Below the pieces are notes generated by a model, which saw nothing but the letters and a program-made list of their open reading frames with translations, did no database searches and was not told the origin of the DNA. From positions 224,001 to 288,000 of the forward strand of contig CAWJSJ010000005.1 in NCBI GenBank assembly GCA_963845565.1: a DNA stretch of 64,000 bases, given 5' to 3'. Positions 20,385-30,402 of the stretch are shown piece by piece. Within the stretch, counting starts at the first letter, position 1. Each line of letters opens with the position of its first letter. The DNA is from an uncultured Methylomirabilota bacterium. GTDB lineage: Bacteria; Methylomirabilota; Methylomirabilia; Methylomirabilales; 2-02-FULL-66-22. Both the position numbers and the translations under genes were made by a program.

Positions 20385-22328
20385 ATGTGCGGCATCAGCG
20401 GGAAGCTGTATTTCGATTCGGGACGGCCCGTGGAGCGCGAGATTCTGGAGCGGATGAACGCCGTCCTGGCCCACCGCGGCCCGGACGATGCCGGGATATA
20501 CTGCGACGGCCCGGTCGGCCTCGCCCACCGGCGGCTGAGCATCATCGACTTGAGCCCGGCCGGTCATCAACCGATGTCGAACGAGGACGGCACGATCTGG
20601 ATCGTCTTCAACGGAGAAATCTACAACTTCCAGTCCCTGCGACCCGATCTGGTACGCCGGGGGCATCGGTTTCGCTCGAACAGCGACACGGAAGTGATCA
20701 TCCACTTGTATGAAGAGCATGGGGTCGAGTGCCTGCGGTTCCTCCGCGGGATGTTTGCGTTGGCGATATGGGATGGTGCGCGCCGCCAACTGTTTCTCGC
20801 GCGAGACCGGCTAGGGAAGAAGCCGCTCAGCTACCAACAGGATGGGGCCGCCTTCCGGTTTGCCTCCGAGGTGAAGGCGATCCTGCAGGATCCCGACGTG
20901 CAGAACCGTCCGAACCCGGCTGGGATCTCGCAGTATCTGACCTATGGCTACGTACCGGGATCCGGGTCGGCATTTCAGGGGATCCACAAGCTTCCACCTG
21001 GCCACTATTTGACCTGTTGCGACGGCCAGGTGAAGGTAGCGCGCTACTGGCGGCTTCGCCGGGATCGAAAAGCGCAACGGTCCGAAGCGGACTGGTGCCA
21101 AGAGATCGTGGCGCGACTGGAGGAGGCCACGCGTCTTCGGATGATTAGCGACGTCCCGCTGGGCGCTTTCCTAAGCGGCGGCATCGACTCCAGCGCCATC
21201 GTCGCCTTGATGAGTCGCATCGCGACGGGTCCGGTAAAGACATTCTCAATCGGTTTCGAGGAGCCGGAATACGACGAACTGCGATACGCTCGCCAGGTTG
21301 CCGAGCGGTTCCAGACGGACCATCACGAGTTCGTGGTTCGGCCGGATGCGGCGGCGGTCCTTCCGCGACTCGCCTGGCACTACGACGAGCCCTTTGCGGA
21401 TTCCTCGGCGGTGCCCACGTATTATGTGGCTCAGATGACCCGCGCGCACGTCACCGTGGCGCTCAACGGGGACGCCGGGGACGAGAGCTTCGGCGGGTAT
21501 GACCGGTACGTGGCGAACCTCTTGGCCGCGTCCTTCGACCGCTGGCCGGGCGCGGGGTTTCTCCGCCACACCATCCGATGGGGGCTGCACCTCCTTCCGC
21601 ACGGAGGGACCCGGACGAGCCTGTTCTATCGCGGTCGCCGTTTTCTGGATGGACTCACGGAAACGCCGGAAAGGCGATACGCGCGCTGGTTTTGCCAATT
21701 CTACGGGGATCGGAAAGCAGACCTCTGCACCCCAGAGTTTCTGGCCGCTGCCGGCGAGGTGGACGCCCTGGAGGTCCTTCTTGCCTCTTATCGCGAGAGT
21801 GATGCCCCGGACTTCGGCGACGCCACCCTGGGGGTGGACGCCGGCCTCTACCTACCCGATGACCTCTTGGTCAAGGTGGACATCGCCAGCATGGCCCACT
21901 CGCTGGAAGCGCGCTCGCCCTTTCTGGACCACGAATTCATGGAATTCGCAGCCACCATCCCGTTCGAACTGAAGGTGCGAGGTCGGATAAAGAAGTACAT
22001 CCTCAAACAAGCCCTCGCGGGGTTGCTCCCTGACCAGATCCTCCACCGACCGAAGATGGGCTTCGGCGTTCCGATCGACCACTGGCTGCGCCACGAACTC
22101 CGGGAGATGGCGCACGACACGCTGCTCTCCACCCGGGCCGTGGGCCGAGGGTACTTCCGGCCGGGCGTCATCCGGCGGATGCTGGAGGACCACGCACGAA
22201 AGAAGGCGAGTTGGCACTATCTTCTCTGGACGTTGCTCATGCTGGAGTTGTGGCATCGAACCTACATTGACGGGGATGGGGATGTCTCTTGGCGGCAGAC
22301 TTTACCCGGTGCGACAGGCACCATGTGA
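20385..22328 (+). CDS. asnB: Asparagine synthase (glutamine-hydrolysing) family amidotransferase
   Basis: MCGI, HRGPD, RLSIIDL, FNGEIYN, LSGGIDSS, KVDIASMAHSLEARSPFLD. Confidence 0.93.
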   Translation: MCGISGKLYFDSGRPVEREILERMNAVLAHRGPDDAGIYCDGPVGLAHRRLSIIDLSPAGHQPMSNEDGTIWIVFNGEIYNFQSLRPDLVRRGHRFRSNSDTEVIIHLYEEHGVECLRFLRGMFALAIWDGARRQLFLARDRLGKKPLSYQQDGAAFRFASEVKAILQDPDVQNRPNPAGISQYLTYGYVPGSGSAFQGIHKLPPGHYLTCCDGQVKVARYWRLRRDRKAQRSEADWCQEIVARLEEATRLRMISDVPLGAFLSGGIDSSAIVALMSRIATGPVKTFSIGFEEPEYDELRYARQVAERFQTDHHEFVVRPDAAAVLPRLAWHYDEPFADSSAVPTYYVAQMTRAHVTVALNGDAGDESFGGYDRYVANLLAASFDRWPGAGFLRHTIRWGLHLLPHGGTRTSLFYRGRRFLDGLTETPERRYARWFCQFYGDRKADLCTPEFLAAAGEVDALEVLLASYRESDAPDFGDATLGVDAGLYLPDDLLVKVDIASMAHSLEARSPFLDHEFMEFAATIPFELKVRGRIKKYILKQALAGLLPDQILHRPKMGFGVPIDHWLRHELREMAHDTLLSTRAVGRGYFRPGVIRRMLEDHARKKASWHYLLWTLLMLELWHRTYIDGDGDVSWRQTLPGATGTM

Positions 22329-22340
22329 TGAGGGGAGACC

Positions 22341-23282
22341 ATGGCGCGATACCTGATTACGGGAGGGGCCGGCTTCATTGGGTCGAATCTGGCCCATACT
22401 CTGGCGGAACGACAGGACACGGTCCGGATCCTGGATGATTTTTCCGGCGGCCGCGCGACAAACCTGGAGGGAATTCACGATCGGGTGGAGATCGTTCGAG
22501 GGGACCTGCGGGATCCAGCGGTTGTGGCGCGCGCCGTGACGGGGATTGAGATCATCTTTCATCAGGCGGCCCTCAACTCGAATCCGCGTTCCATCAAGGA
22601 GCCGGGGCCCACCAACGCCGTCAACGTCGGCGGGACCTTGTTGCTCTTGGAGGCCGCTCGGCAGGCCGGGGTGCGACGCCTGGTGTATGCTTCGTCGTCC
22701 TCGGTCTATGGAGAGTTGTCGCCGGTCCTCCCCAAGACGGAAGATCTGCCGTTGCTCCCGAAGGCGCCCTATGGGGTCTCGAAACTGGCCGCCGAGTTGT
22801 ACTGCCGCGTCTTTGCCGAGGTGTATGGGATCGAGACGGTCAGCCTCCGCTACTTCAACGTGTTCGGACCCCGGCAGCGCCCCGACTCGGAGTACGCTGC
22901 CGTCATTCCGCGCTTCCTGCGGCGGATGTTGGCGGGGCAACGTCCGGTGATCTACGGCGATGGGGAGCAGTCGCGGGACTTCACGCCGGTGGCCAACGTG
23001 GTCGAGGCGAACCTGTGTGCGGCGGCGGCGACCGCGGGGATCGGCGGCGCATTCAACGTTGCCTGCGGTCAGCCCAGCACGCTCAACCAGCTGGTGGCGT
23101 GGCTCAACGCGGAACTGGGAACCGACCTGCCGCCGGTGTATGAGCCGATCCGGCAAGGGGACATCCGCCATTCGTATGCCTCGATTCGCCAGGCCGAGTC
23201 CGTGCTGGGATACCACCCCCGGGTCAACGTCCGGGAGGGCTTGCGGGAGACCGTCGCCTGGTTCAGGGAACACGAGTGTTGA
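22341..23282 (+). CDS. NAD-dependent NDP-sugar epimerase (WbpP/GalE-like)
   Basis: TGGAGFIGS, ASSSSVYG, YGVSK, RYFNVFGPRQ. Confidence 0.9.
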   Translation: MARYLITGGAGFIGSNLAHTLAERQDTVRILDDFSGGRATNLEGIHDRVEIVRGDLRDPAVVARAVTGIEIIFHQAALNSNPRSIKEPGPTNAVNVGGTLLLLEAARQAGVRRLVYASSSSVYGELSPVLPKTEDLPLLPKAPYGVSKLAAELYCRVFAEVYGIETVSLRYFNVFGPRQRPDSEYAAVIPRFLRRMLAGQRPVIYGDGEQSRDFTPVANVVEANLCAAAATAGIGGAFNVACGQPSTLNQLVAWLNAELGTDLPPVYEPIRQGDIRHSYASIRQAESVLGYHPRVNVREGLRETVAWFREHEC

Positions 23283-24466
23283 CGACAAGCGCAGCCCCTG
23301 CTGGATCTCCGAGATGTCGAGCGGCAGGCTTGACCGGCCCGATTCCACTCCTCTTCCTGATCACCAACCTTGACCGGGGCGGAGCCGAGAAGGCGCTCAC
23401 TCGACTGGCCATCGGCTTGCCCCGCGAAAAATATGGCGTTCAGGTGGCCGCCTTGCAGGCGCGGTCGGGGGTCATGGCCGCCGATCTCGGACGCGTCCGC
23501 ATACCGGTCCACGACCTTGGCATGCGTGCGAAGTGGGACCTCAGCGTGTTCGTGCGGCTGGCGCGACTTCTGCAACGCGAGCGAATCCAAATCCTGTTCA
23601 CGTTTATGTTCCACCCGACGATTCTCGGGCGACTCGTGGGATGGGCGTGCCGCGTCCCTGTGCGCATCTCTTCGGAGCGGATCATGGCGTGGGAGGGTCC
23701 CGTGCGGCGAACGCTGAACCGCTGGACCGTCCCCTTGGCGACCCACGTGGTGGCGGTGTCCGAGCGCGTTGCGGAGTACGCGCGGCACGAGTTCCGGGTG
23801 CCGGCGGACCGTCTCACCACGATCCCTAACGGCGTGGACCTCGCCCACTTCCGTCCGGCCGCGCGACCGGCCCGATCGAAAGCGGTCGTGATCGGCTGCA
23901 CGGCGCGCCTGCATCGGAAGAACGATCACGGCTCGCTACTGACGGCCTTTGCGCAGATTGCCCCGCAGTGGCCAGACGCCCGGCTTCTCTTGGTGGGTCG
24001 CGGGCCCGAAGAGGAGCGGCTAAGGGCGATGGCGAACCGACTCGAACTCTCGGCACGGGTGCGCTTTGCCGGCGAGCAGGCGGACGTCGCCCCCTCACTG
24101 GAGGAGATGGACCTCTACGTCCAGAGCTCAATCGCCGAAGGGATGCCGAACTCCGTCCTAGAGGCCATGGCGGTCGGCTTGCCCGTGGTGGCGACGGCCG
24201 TCGGGGGGACCCCTGAGGTTGTGGCCGACGACGAAACGGGATTGCTGGTTCCTCCCGGGGACCCTGCGGCGATGGCGGCGGCGCTCACGACGCTCCTGGC
24301 GGATCGGGCGAAAGCCGGGGCGTTCGGCCGCGCGGGCCGGGCACGGGTTGAGGCCGACTTCGGAGAGGCGACCATGCTCCGGCGCGTGGAGGCGCTGCTG
24401 GATCGCCTGGTCGGTCAGACTCTTTGTCTTTCGTTTGGGGGGCCGAGGGGCTGGGTTCGGTGTTGA
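23276..24466 (+). CDS. Glycosyltransferase family 4
   Basis: GGAEK, IPNGVD, EGMPNSVLEAMAVG. Confidence 0.9.
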   Translation: MLTTSAAPAGSPRCRAAGLTGPIPLLFLITNLDRGGAEKALTRLAIGLPREKYGVQVAALQARSGVMAADLGRVRIPVHDLGMRAKWDLSVFVRLARLLQRERIQILFTFMFHPTILGRLVGWACRVPVRISSERIMAWEGPVRRTLNRWTVPLATHVVAVSERVAEYARHEFRVPADRLTTIPNGVDLAHFRPAARPARSKAVVIGCTARLHRKNDHGSLLTAFAQIAPQWPDARLLLVGRGPEEERLRAMANRLELSARVRFAGEQADVAPSLEEMDLYVQSSIAEGMPNSVLEAMAVGLPVVATAVGGTPEVVADDETGLLVPPGDPAAMAAALTTLLADRAKAGAFGRAGRARVEADFGEATMLRRVEALLDRLVGQTLCLSFGGPRGWVRC

Positions 24467-25683
24467 ACCGGGGTGGAGCAAGAGCGGGCGATCCCGCGCC
24501 GCGAGAGAGAAGCGCTCGTCCTGTCCGGGTGGTGCGGGTTATCGCCCGGTTGAATATCGGGGGTCCGGCCCAGCAGGCCATTCTCCTGACGGCCGGTCTC
24601 GACCGCGCCCGGTTTGCCACCACGCTCGTCACGGGCGTGGTGGGTCACGCCGAAGGGGATTTCACGGACGCGGCGCGGGCGCGCGGGGTGACTCCCGTGG
24701 TGATTCCCGAACTCGGCCGGGCGATTCGCCCGGCGCGGGACCTGACGGCGCTGATCAAGCTCATCCGGCTTTTCCGAGCGCTGCGACCGGATATCGTGCA
24801 CACGCACACGGCGAAGGCCGGAACACTGGGTCGGCTGGCCGCCCGGCTCGCTCGGATTCCGGTGAAGATCCATACCTTTCACGGCCACGTGCTGGAGGGC
24901 TACTTCTCGCGGCCGGTCACCCGGGCCTTTCTGGAGGTCGAACGGCGACTCGCCTGCACGACGGACCGACTGGTGACGGTGAGTCCTCGACTGAAAGCGC
25001 AACTCCTGGCAATGGGGATCGGTCGGCCGGAGCAAGTGGATGTGGTGCCACTTGGCCTGGATCTGGAGCGATTCCGACGGGCCCGCCCGGCGTCGCCGGC
25101 GCTCCGGCCGTCACTGGGTCTGACCGGCGACATGCCGCTCCTCGGTATCGTGGGGCGCCTCGTGCCGATCAAGGATCATGCCACGCTGTTCCAGGCGCTG
25201 GCGCGTCTCCATGACGAGGGTCCGGCGGTGCACCTCGTCGTCATCGGTGACGGGGAAGAGCGTGCCCGGCTGGAAGAACTCGCGGGACGCCTCGGGCTTG
25301 GTTCGCGAATCCATTTCTTGGGATGGCGTGTCGATCTGGAGACTATCCTGAAGGAACTGGACGTGGTAATCTGTGCCTCCAGAAACGAGGGGACGCCGGT
25401 GGCGCTCATCGAAGCCATGGCCGCGGGGATCCCGGTACTGTCCACCGACGTGGGGGGCGTGGCGGACCTCGTGACGCACGAGGAAACCGGGTGGCTGGTG
25501 CCGTCGGGCGACCCGGACGCCATGGCGAGTGCGATCCGCCGCCTGCTGAGCGATCGGATTCTCGGCGCACGTCTTGCCGCGGCGGGACAGGTGGCGGCAT
25601 TGGACCGGCACGACGTGGCGCGCCTGATTTCCCGCGTGGAGGTGCTGTACGCTGACGTCCTGGCAAAGAAACAGAGCCAATGA
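24460..25683 (+). CDS. Glycosyltransferase family 4
   Basis: IARLNIGGPA, HTHTAKAG, HTFHGH, EGTPVALIEAMAAG. Confidence 0.9.
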   Translation: MLNRGGARAGDPAPRERSARPVRVVRVIARLNIGGPAQQAILLTAGLDRARFATTLVTGVVGHAEGDFTDAARARGVTPVVIPELGRAIRPARDLTALIKLIRLFRALRPDIVHTHTAKAGTLGRLAARLARIPVKIHTFHGHVLEGYFSRPVTRAFLEVERRLACTTDRLVTVSPRLKAQLLAMGIGRPEQVDVVPLGLDLERFRRARPASPALRPSLGLTGDMPLLGIVGRLVPIKDHATLFQALARLHDEGPAVHLVVIGDGEERARLEELAGRLGLGSRIHFLGWRVDLETILKELDVVICASRNEGTPVALIEAMAAGIPVLSTDVGGVADLVTHEETGWLVPSGDPDAMASAIRRLLSDRILGARLAAAGQVAALDRHDVARLISRVEVLYADVLAKKQSQ

Positions 25684-25691
25684 GAGATTTC

Positions 25692-25757
25692 AAACCGACA
25701 GCTGACAACAGATCACTGCTCGTCAATCTGCGGGTGTCGGTTGTCTGTTGTCGGTTT
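25692..25757. repeat. Inverted heptamer arrays forming an intergenic hairpin
   Basis: ACCGACA-GCTGACA-ACAGATC ... TGTCGGT-TGTCTGT-TGTCGGT. Confidence 0.75.
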
Positions 25758-25786
25758 TGCCGTGGCATCGTGAGAGGAGGTCATCC

Positions 25787-26758
25787 GTGCGTGTGCTCGT
25801 AACCGGCGGGGCGGGCTACATCGGATCCCATCTGGCGGATGCCCTGATCAAGCGAGGAGACGAGGTCCTCGTCATCGACAATCTGTCTACCGGCCGTTTC
25901 GAGAACATCCGTCATCTTCAGGGCCATCCGGCGTTTCGATTCATCAACGACACGATTCTGAACGAGTCGTTGCTGGAACGTATGATTCCTTCCAGGGATC
26001 TGATCTTCCACCTGGCGGCGGCCGTCGGGGTCCGCAACGTGCTCAAGGATCCGCTGGCCGCCATCAACACCAACGTGCGGGGAACCGAGGCGGTCTTGGA
26101 TCACGCCTTTCGGTACTGGAAGCGCATTGTGATCGCCTCGACCTCGGAGATCTACGGCAAAGCCTCTCACGTTCCCTTTCGGGAAGACGACGACCGCGTG
26201 CTCGGGTCCACGGCGGTGACGCGCTGGTCCTACTCGATGTCCAAGGCCATTGACGAACACTTCGCATTTGCGTATGCCGCCAAGGGGTTGCCGGTTTCCA
26301 TCGTCCGGTATTTCAATTCCTACGGACCCCGAATAGACGAGCGAGGGTACGGGAGTGTGGTCGCCAATTTTGCTCGACAGGCGCTACGCGGGGACCCCAT
26401 CACGGTCCACGGGGACGGGAAGCAGTCCCGCTGCTTCACCTATATCTCGGACACGGTGGTGGGGACCCTGTTGGCGGGCGAGGCGGAGGGGGCCATCGGA
26501 GAAGCCTTCAACATCGGGAATCCCACCGAGACGCCCGTCCTGGAGTTGGCGCAGACCATGAAGCGTTTGGCCCGCTCGAAATCCCCCATCCAGTTCGTCC
26601 CGTACGAGGCCTACTACGGGGCGGGCTTCGAGGATACGCGGCGGCGCGTCCCGGCGATCGATAAGGCCAAACGGCTTCTGGGGTTCCAGCCCAAGGTGGG
26701 TTTGGATTCCGGCCTCAAAAAGACGCTCGCCTGGTGCCGGGACCACTACCGACACTGA
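25787..26758 (+). CDS. NAD-dependent NDP-sugar epimerase/dehydratase
   Basis: TGGAGYIGSH, HLAAAVGV, ASTSEIYGK, RWSYSMSK; RBS GAGGAGG. Confidence 0.9.
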   Translation: MRVLVTGGAGYIGSHLADALIKRGDEVLVIDNLSTGRFENIRHLQGHPAFRFINDTILNESLLERMIPSRDLIFHLAAAVGVRNVLKDPLAAINTNVRGTEAVLDHAFRYWKRIVIASTSEIYGKASHVPFREDDDRVLGSTAVTRWSYSMSKAIDEHFAFAYAAKGLPVSIVRYFNSYGPRIDERGYGSVVANFARQALRGDPITVHGDGKQSRCFTYISDTVVGTLLAGEAEGAIGEAFNIGNPTETPVLELAQTMKRLARSKSPIQFVPYEAYYGAGFEDTRRRVPAIDKAKRLLGFQPKVGLDSGLKKTLAWCRDHYRH

Positions 26759-26775
26759 GGGCACGCGAACGAACC

Positions 26776-27834
26776 GTGACCTACCTTGCGCCTCTCCTCA
26801 TCCCATTCCTGACCGCGTTCGGGGTCGCCCTCGCGCTCACGCCGCTCTGCGGCCGTCTGGCCGCAGCGCTGGGGGTCGTGGACCGCCCAGGCGAAAAGAA
26901 GATCCACGGCCGGACAACGCCGCTCCTGGGCGGGATCGCCATCGCGCTCGCGCAAGCCGGCGCGTTCCTGTGGAGTGGAGCGGCCGACCAGGCATCGATT
27001 CGCATTCTGATCGCCTCCGGGTGCATCCTGCTCCTGGGCGTCTGGGATGACCTGGATCCGCACTCCGAGGTGTTACGCTGGTGGCTTCGCCTCCTGTTCG
27101 AAGCCTGCCTGGCGGGTATCGTCCTGGCCGGCGGCGTGCGCACCAGTTTCCTCGGCACCCCATGGCTCGACATCCCGCTCACACTCCTCTGGATCGTGGG
27201 GATCACCAACGCGTTCAATCTGCTGGATAACATGAACGGACTGTCGGCAGGGGTGGCCGCCGTGGCGGGGATGACCTTTGCCTTGCTGGCCGCGCGATAC
27301 GTCAGCGTGGGCCCCGAGCAACTCCCCACGGCCGTAGCCGCCGCCACGCTGAGCGGCGCCTGCCTTGGGTTCCTTCCCGGCAACTTTCGTTCGCGGATCT
27401 TCATGGGCGACGCCGGCAGCCTGTTTCTGGGGTTCACGCTGGCCTGCCTGGCCGTGCAGGGGAGTTGGCGAAGCCCGACCATTCCGACCTCGGTCATCAT
27501 TCCGCTCTTGGTCCTGGCGTATCCGCTGTTCGATACGGCGCTGGTGGTCATCCTACGGCTGCGGCGGGGGCAGTCTCCGTTCGTGGGAGGACGGGATCAC
27601 TCCTCGCATCGCTTGGTGCGGCTGGGGCTGGGGCGGGTCGAGACGGTGTTGCTGATCTATCTCTTCGCGGGATCCCACGCGCTCACGGCGCTTTTGGTGT
27701 CATCGGTAACGCTCCATCTTTCCATGCTGGCGCTCTCCGGCAGCCTCAGCATCCTCTTCATTTTCGGCATGATCTTGCGAAAGGTCCCCGTATGGGAGGG
27801 CACGGCCCCGAAGGAGGGGTCGGACCATGGCTAA
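26776..27834 (+). CDS. WecA/TagO-like undecaprenyl-phosphate HexNAc-1-P transferase
   Basis: PLLGG, WDD, NAFNLLDNMNGL, FMGDAGS, DHSSHRL; multi-TM. Confidence 0.9.
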   Translation: MTYLAPLLIPFLTAFGVALALTPLCGRLAAALGVVDRPGEKKIHGRTTPLLGGIAIALAQAGAFLWSGAADQASIRILIASGCILLLGVWDDLDPHSEVLRWWLRLLFEACLAGIVLAGGVRTSFLGTPWLDIPLTLLWIVGITNAFNLLDNMNGLSAGVAAVAGMTFALLAARYVSVGPEQLPTAVAAATLSGACLGFLPGNFRSRIFMGDAGSLFLGFTLACLAVQGSWRSPTIPTSVIIPLLVLAYPLFDTALVVILRLRRGQSPFVGGRDHSSHRLVRLGLGRVETVLLIYLFAGSHALTALLVSSVTLHLSMLALSGSLSILFIFGMILRKVPVWEGTAPKEGSDHG

Positions 27835-28096
27835 GAAGATGGACAGCGTGGTCGTCCTGCTGATGATCCTGATCCTGGGCGCGCTGATCGGCAGCGTGAT
27901 CGGCGAGGTCATCGGGGCGCTGGCGCCAGGGGGGTACGTCGAGGCGATCTTCGCCAAGGGGATCAATCCGGGGATCACCCCCCCGGCGGTGCTGGACTTG
28001 AAGGTGCTGACGCTCACGCTGGGCGCCACGATGCGGATCAACCTGGCGAGCCTGATCGGCGTCGTCCTGGCGCTCGTCATCTACCGGAAGCTGTAG
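27827..28096 (+). CDS. DUF4321-like small membrane protein
   Basis: GALIGSVIGE...LDLKVLTLTLG..INLASLIG; directly upstream of maf. Confidence 0.7.
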   Translation: MAKKMDSVVVLLMILILGALIGSVIGEVIGALAPGGYVEAIFAKGINPGITPPAVLDLKVLTLTLGATMRINLASLIGVVLALVIYRKL

Positions 28097-28098
28097 TC

Positions 28099-28698
28099 GT
28101 GGGAGCCGAGAGCCACACTCCGGACATCATCCTGGCGTCCGCATCACCACGCCGTGCGACGCTGCTCACGCAGATCGGCCTGCCATTTCGCATCTGCCCC
28201 AGCGCGCTGGGGGAGGACGGGGAGGCGGCGCTGGACCACGAGACGCCCGAGGCCTGCGCCACCCGGCTGGCGCTGGCCAAGGCAAAGGATGTCGCAGCGC
28301 GCCTGGGCCAGGGGCTGATCATCGGGGCGGATACCGTTGTGACCTGCCGTGGCCGCATCTTGGGGAAGCCGCGGAACGAGGAGGAGGCCCGGGGGTTCCT
28401 GCTGACTTTGGCCGGTCAGACCCACCGTGTGGTCACCGGGGTGGCGGTCGTGGACGCAGGATCGGGGCGGACCGAGTCGGACGTCGCGGTGACGGCCGTC
28501 ACCATGCGGCCATTCGGCTTGCAGGAAGCCCTGCGCTACGTTGCCACCGGTGAACCGCTGGACAAAGCCGGTGCGTACGGAATCCAGGGGCGGGGGGCGC
28601 TTCTGGTGGACGGGATTCGCGGGGATTATTTCAACGTCGTCGGCCTGCCGCTGACGCTCTTGGCCACGCTCCTCCGCAGGTTCGGGGTCGATCCCTAG
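28099..28698 (+). CDS. maf: Maf nucleoside triphosphate pyrophosphatase
   Basis: ILASASPRR, GADTVV, LGKP, DKAGAYGIQG, NVVGLP. Confidence 0.93.
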   Translation: MGAESHTPDIILASASPRRATLLTQIGLPFRICPSALGEDGEAALDHETPEACATRLALAKAKDVAARLGQGLIIGADTVVTCRGRILGKPRNEEEARGFLLTLAGQTHRVVTGVAVVDAGSGRTESDVAVTAVTMRPFGLQEALRYVATGEPLDKAGAYGIQGRGALLVDGIRGDYFNVVGLPLTLLATLLRRFGVDP

Positions 28699-28883
28699 GG
28701 CCGCAATCCGGAAGGCGACGGGAAACGTCGCATGCCTCGGAGTCCGTTGTTTTTCGGAAGTTGTGGGGGTTTCCCCTTGACACTCTTGGGCGTTTGTGGG
28801 AACGTACCGCTGCTCCACGGGCGCGGCACGTATGGTGCGGGCCGGCGCCGCTGGTCGGCAACCCCGTAGACACAGAGGCGAAC

Positions 28884-29762
28884 ATGTCACAGTCCTCGTT
28901 CTTGTCGCGGTGGACCGGGCGACCAGAGGCCGGAGACGATCCCTCCGCAGAGCCTGACCGAACCCCCCAGGAGGCGCTTTCCCCTCTCAAGCGGAGGAGT
29001 CAGGTGTCTGTCTGGTCGGCGTCGCCGTCGCTGGAGCGGGTTCGCCACGAATTCGACGAGCAGGTCCGGATCATCGAGGAGGCCAAGCGACTGCTCGAAG
29101 AGCGTCTGGCGCCGTTCCAGCGCCACCTCTTGGAACAGCGTCGCAACGTCGATCAGTGCCTGAAGCAGTTGGATGCCCGGCTCAAGCCTCTGCGGCAGTA
29201 TCTCGAGGGGCAGGGAAGCAACCTCGAGCGGGTCGGAACGCATCTCAACACAGAACTGAAAAACCAGTTCGACGATTTCGACCGATTCCTGGGTGACCAG
29301 CGCCAGATCTTGGAGCGCGCCAGCCGGTACCTCGACGATCAACCGCGGCCTCTGGCGCAGTATTTGGAGGACGAGCAGCGGGCCATCGAGCAGGTCTTTC
29401 GGGACTTGGAGGAGAAGTTGGAGCCGCTCGGCCGATATCTCAAGGAGCAGCAGAAGCTCCTCGAGGCGATGACCGAGCCACGCGTCACCGAAGAGTTCGA
29501 CCTGCTGGCCAGCTATTGTGGGGAGCGCCACGCCGCGCTGGAACGGTACGCCAGCGCCGGCGAGTATCGCCCGCAGGCCCTGTTCGCCGCACTGGACGAG
29601 ATCTACCAGAAATACCGGACGCAGGAGGGCGGAAGAAACAAGTTAATGGCCCGACTGCTGGAGCAGACCCGACAGGCGGACATCCGCCTCCAGGAGTCGT
29701 TGAAGCTGCTGCCCCGCGAGCAAGAGGACCCCCGCCCCGTTCGACTCGAGGCAGCTTCCTAG
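28884..29762 (+). CDS. Hypothetical helical protein with ~25-aa amphipathic repeats
   Basis: Repeating PLxxYLxxQ units; upstream TTGACA at 28777 and GAGG RBS. Confidence 0.75.
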   Translation: MSQSSFLSRWTGRPEAGDDPSAEPDRTPQEALSPLKRRSQVSVWSASPSLERVRHEFDEQVRIIEEAKRLLEERLAPFQRHLLEQRRNVDQCLKQLDARLKPLRQYLEGQGSNLERVGTHLNTELKNQFDDFDRFLGDQRQILERASRYLDDQPRPLAQYLEDEQRAIEQVFRDLEEKLEPLGRYLKEQQKLLEAMTEPRVTEEFDLLASYCGERHAALERYASAGEYRPQALFAALDEIYQKYRTQEGGRNKLMARLLEQTRQADIRLQESLKLLPREQEDPRPVRLEAAS

Positions 29763-29872
29763 ACGCCCCGCGATACCGTTCCGATCCTGAGGGCTTCGCG
29801 CGAGCGGTCCGGTCCGCACGACGAGTGCGGCCGTCGGCAGCGAGGGATCGACCCCGGTCGCGGGCATGTCGC

Positions 29873-30259
29873 TTAGCGCGCCCTGGCCTGTCTCCGGCTG
29901 CGGAGGTATTCCTTGATCAGGTCATCCACGGTCTTGACTGACGGGACGCCTTCTGTCCGGGGCGTATCGGACGCGAGCGTGGCGGAAGATTGGACCGGGC
30001 CCGACGCATCCGCCGCCGTCAAGCCGGCCTCGACGCGTCGCATGATTCGCCGATGTTGCGCCTCCATGAGCGTCTTGACCTGCGCGGCCTGCGGATGCGC
30101 GCCGAGGATGTCGCCGTACTCGAGTTTCTCGCGGAGCACGATGGCGCCGCCTCGATACACGAGGGTGAGCACGGTGGGGCGTGCCTGACCCAGGTCTTCG
30201 GTCTGCACGTGATATTCGACGTCGCCGTGGGCGACACGGGAGTTGAAACCGGGAACCAT
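29873..30259 (-). CDS. Hypothetical protein (GFN...YHVQTED motif)
   Basis: 128-aa ORF with AAGG RBS; motif recalled from uncharacterised proteins. Confidence 0.7.
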   Translation of the reverse strand: MVPGFNSRVAHGDVEYHVQTEDLGQARPTVLTLVYRGGAIVLREKLEYGDILGAHPQAAQVKTLMEAQHRRIMRRVEAGLTAADASGPVQSSATLASDTPRTEGVPSVKTVDDLIKEYLRSRRQARAR

Positions 30260-30402
30260 GGAATGCCTTTCTTGGGGACGAACGTCGTCACCATAACAAG
30301 GGCTGTGCGCGATGGCAAGGGCTATCGCAATTCCGGTGACGGCCGGACGACGACAAGGGCATACTCAACCGTTATGCCGCTCAGGGGCGGCACTAGGACG
30401 CT

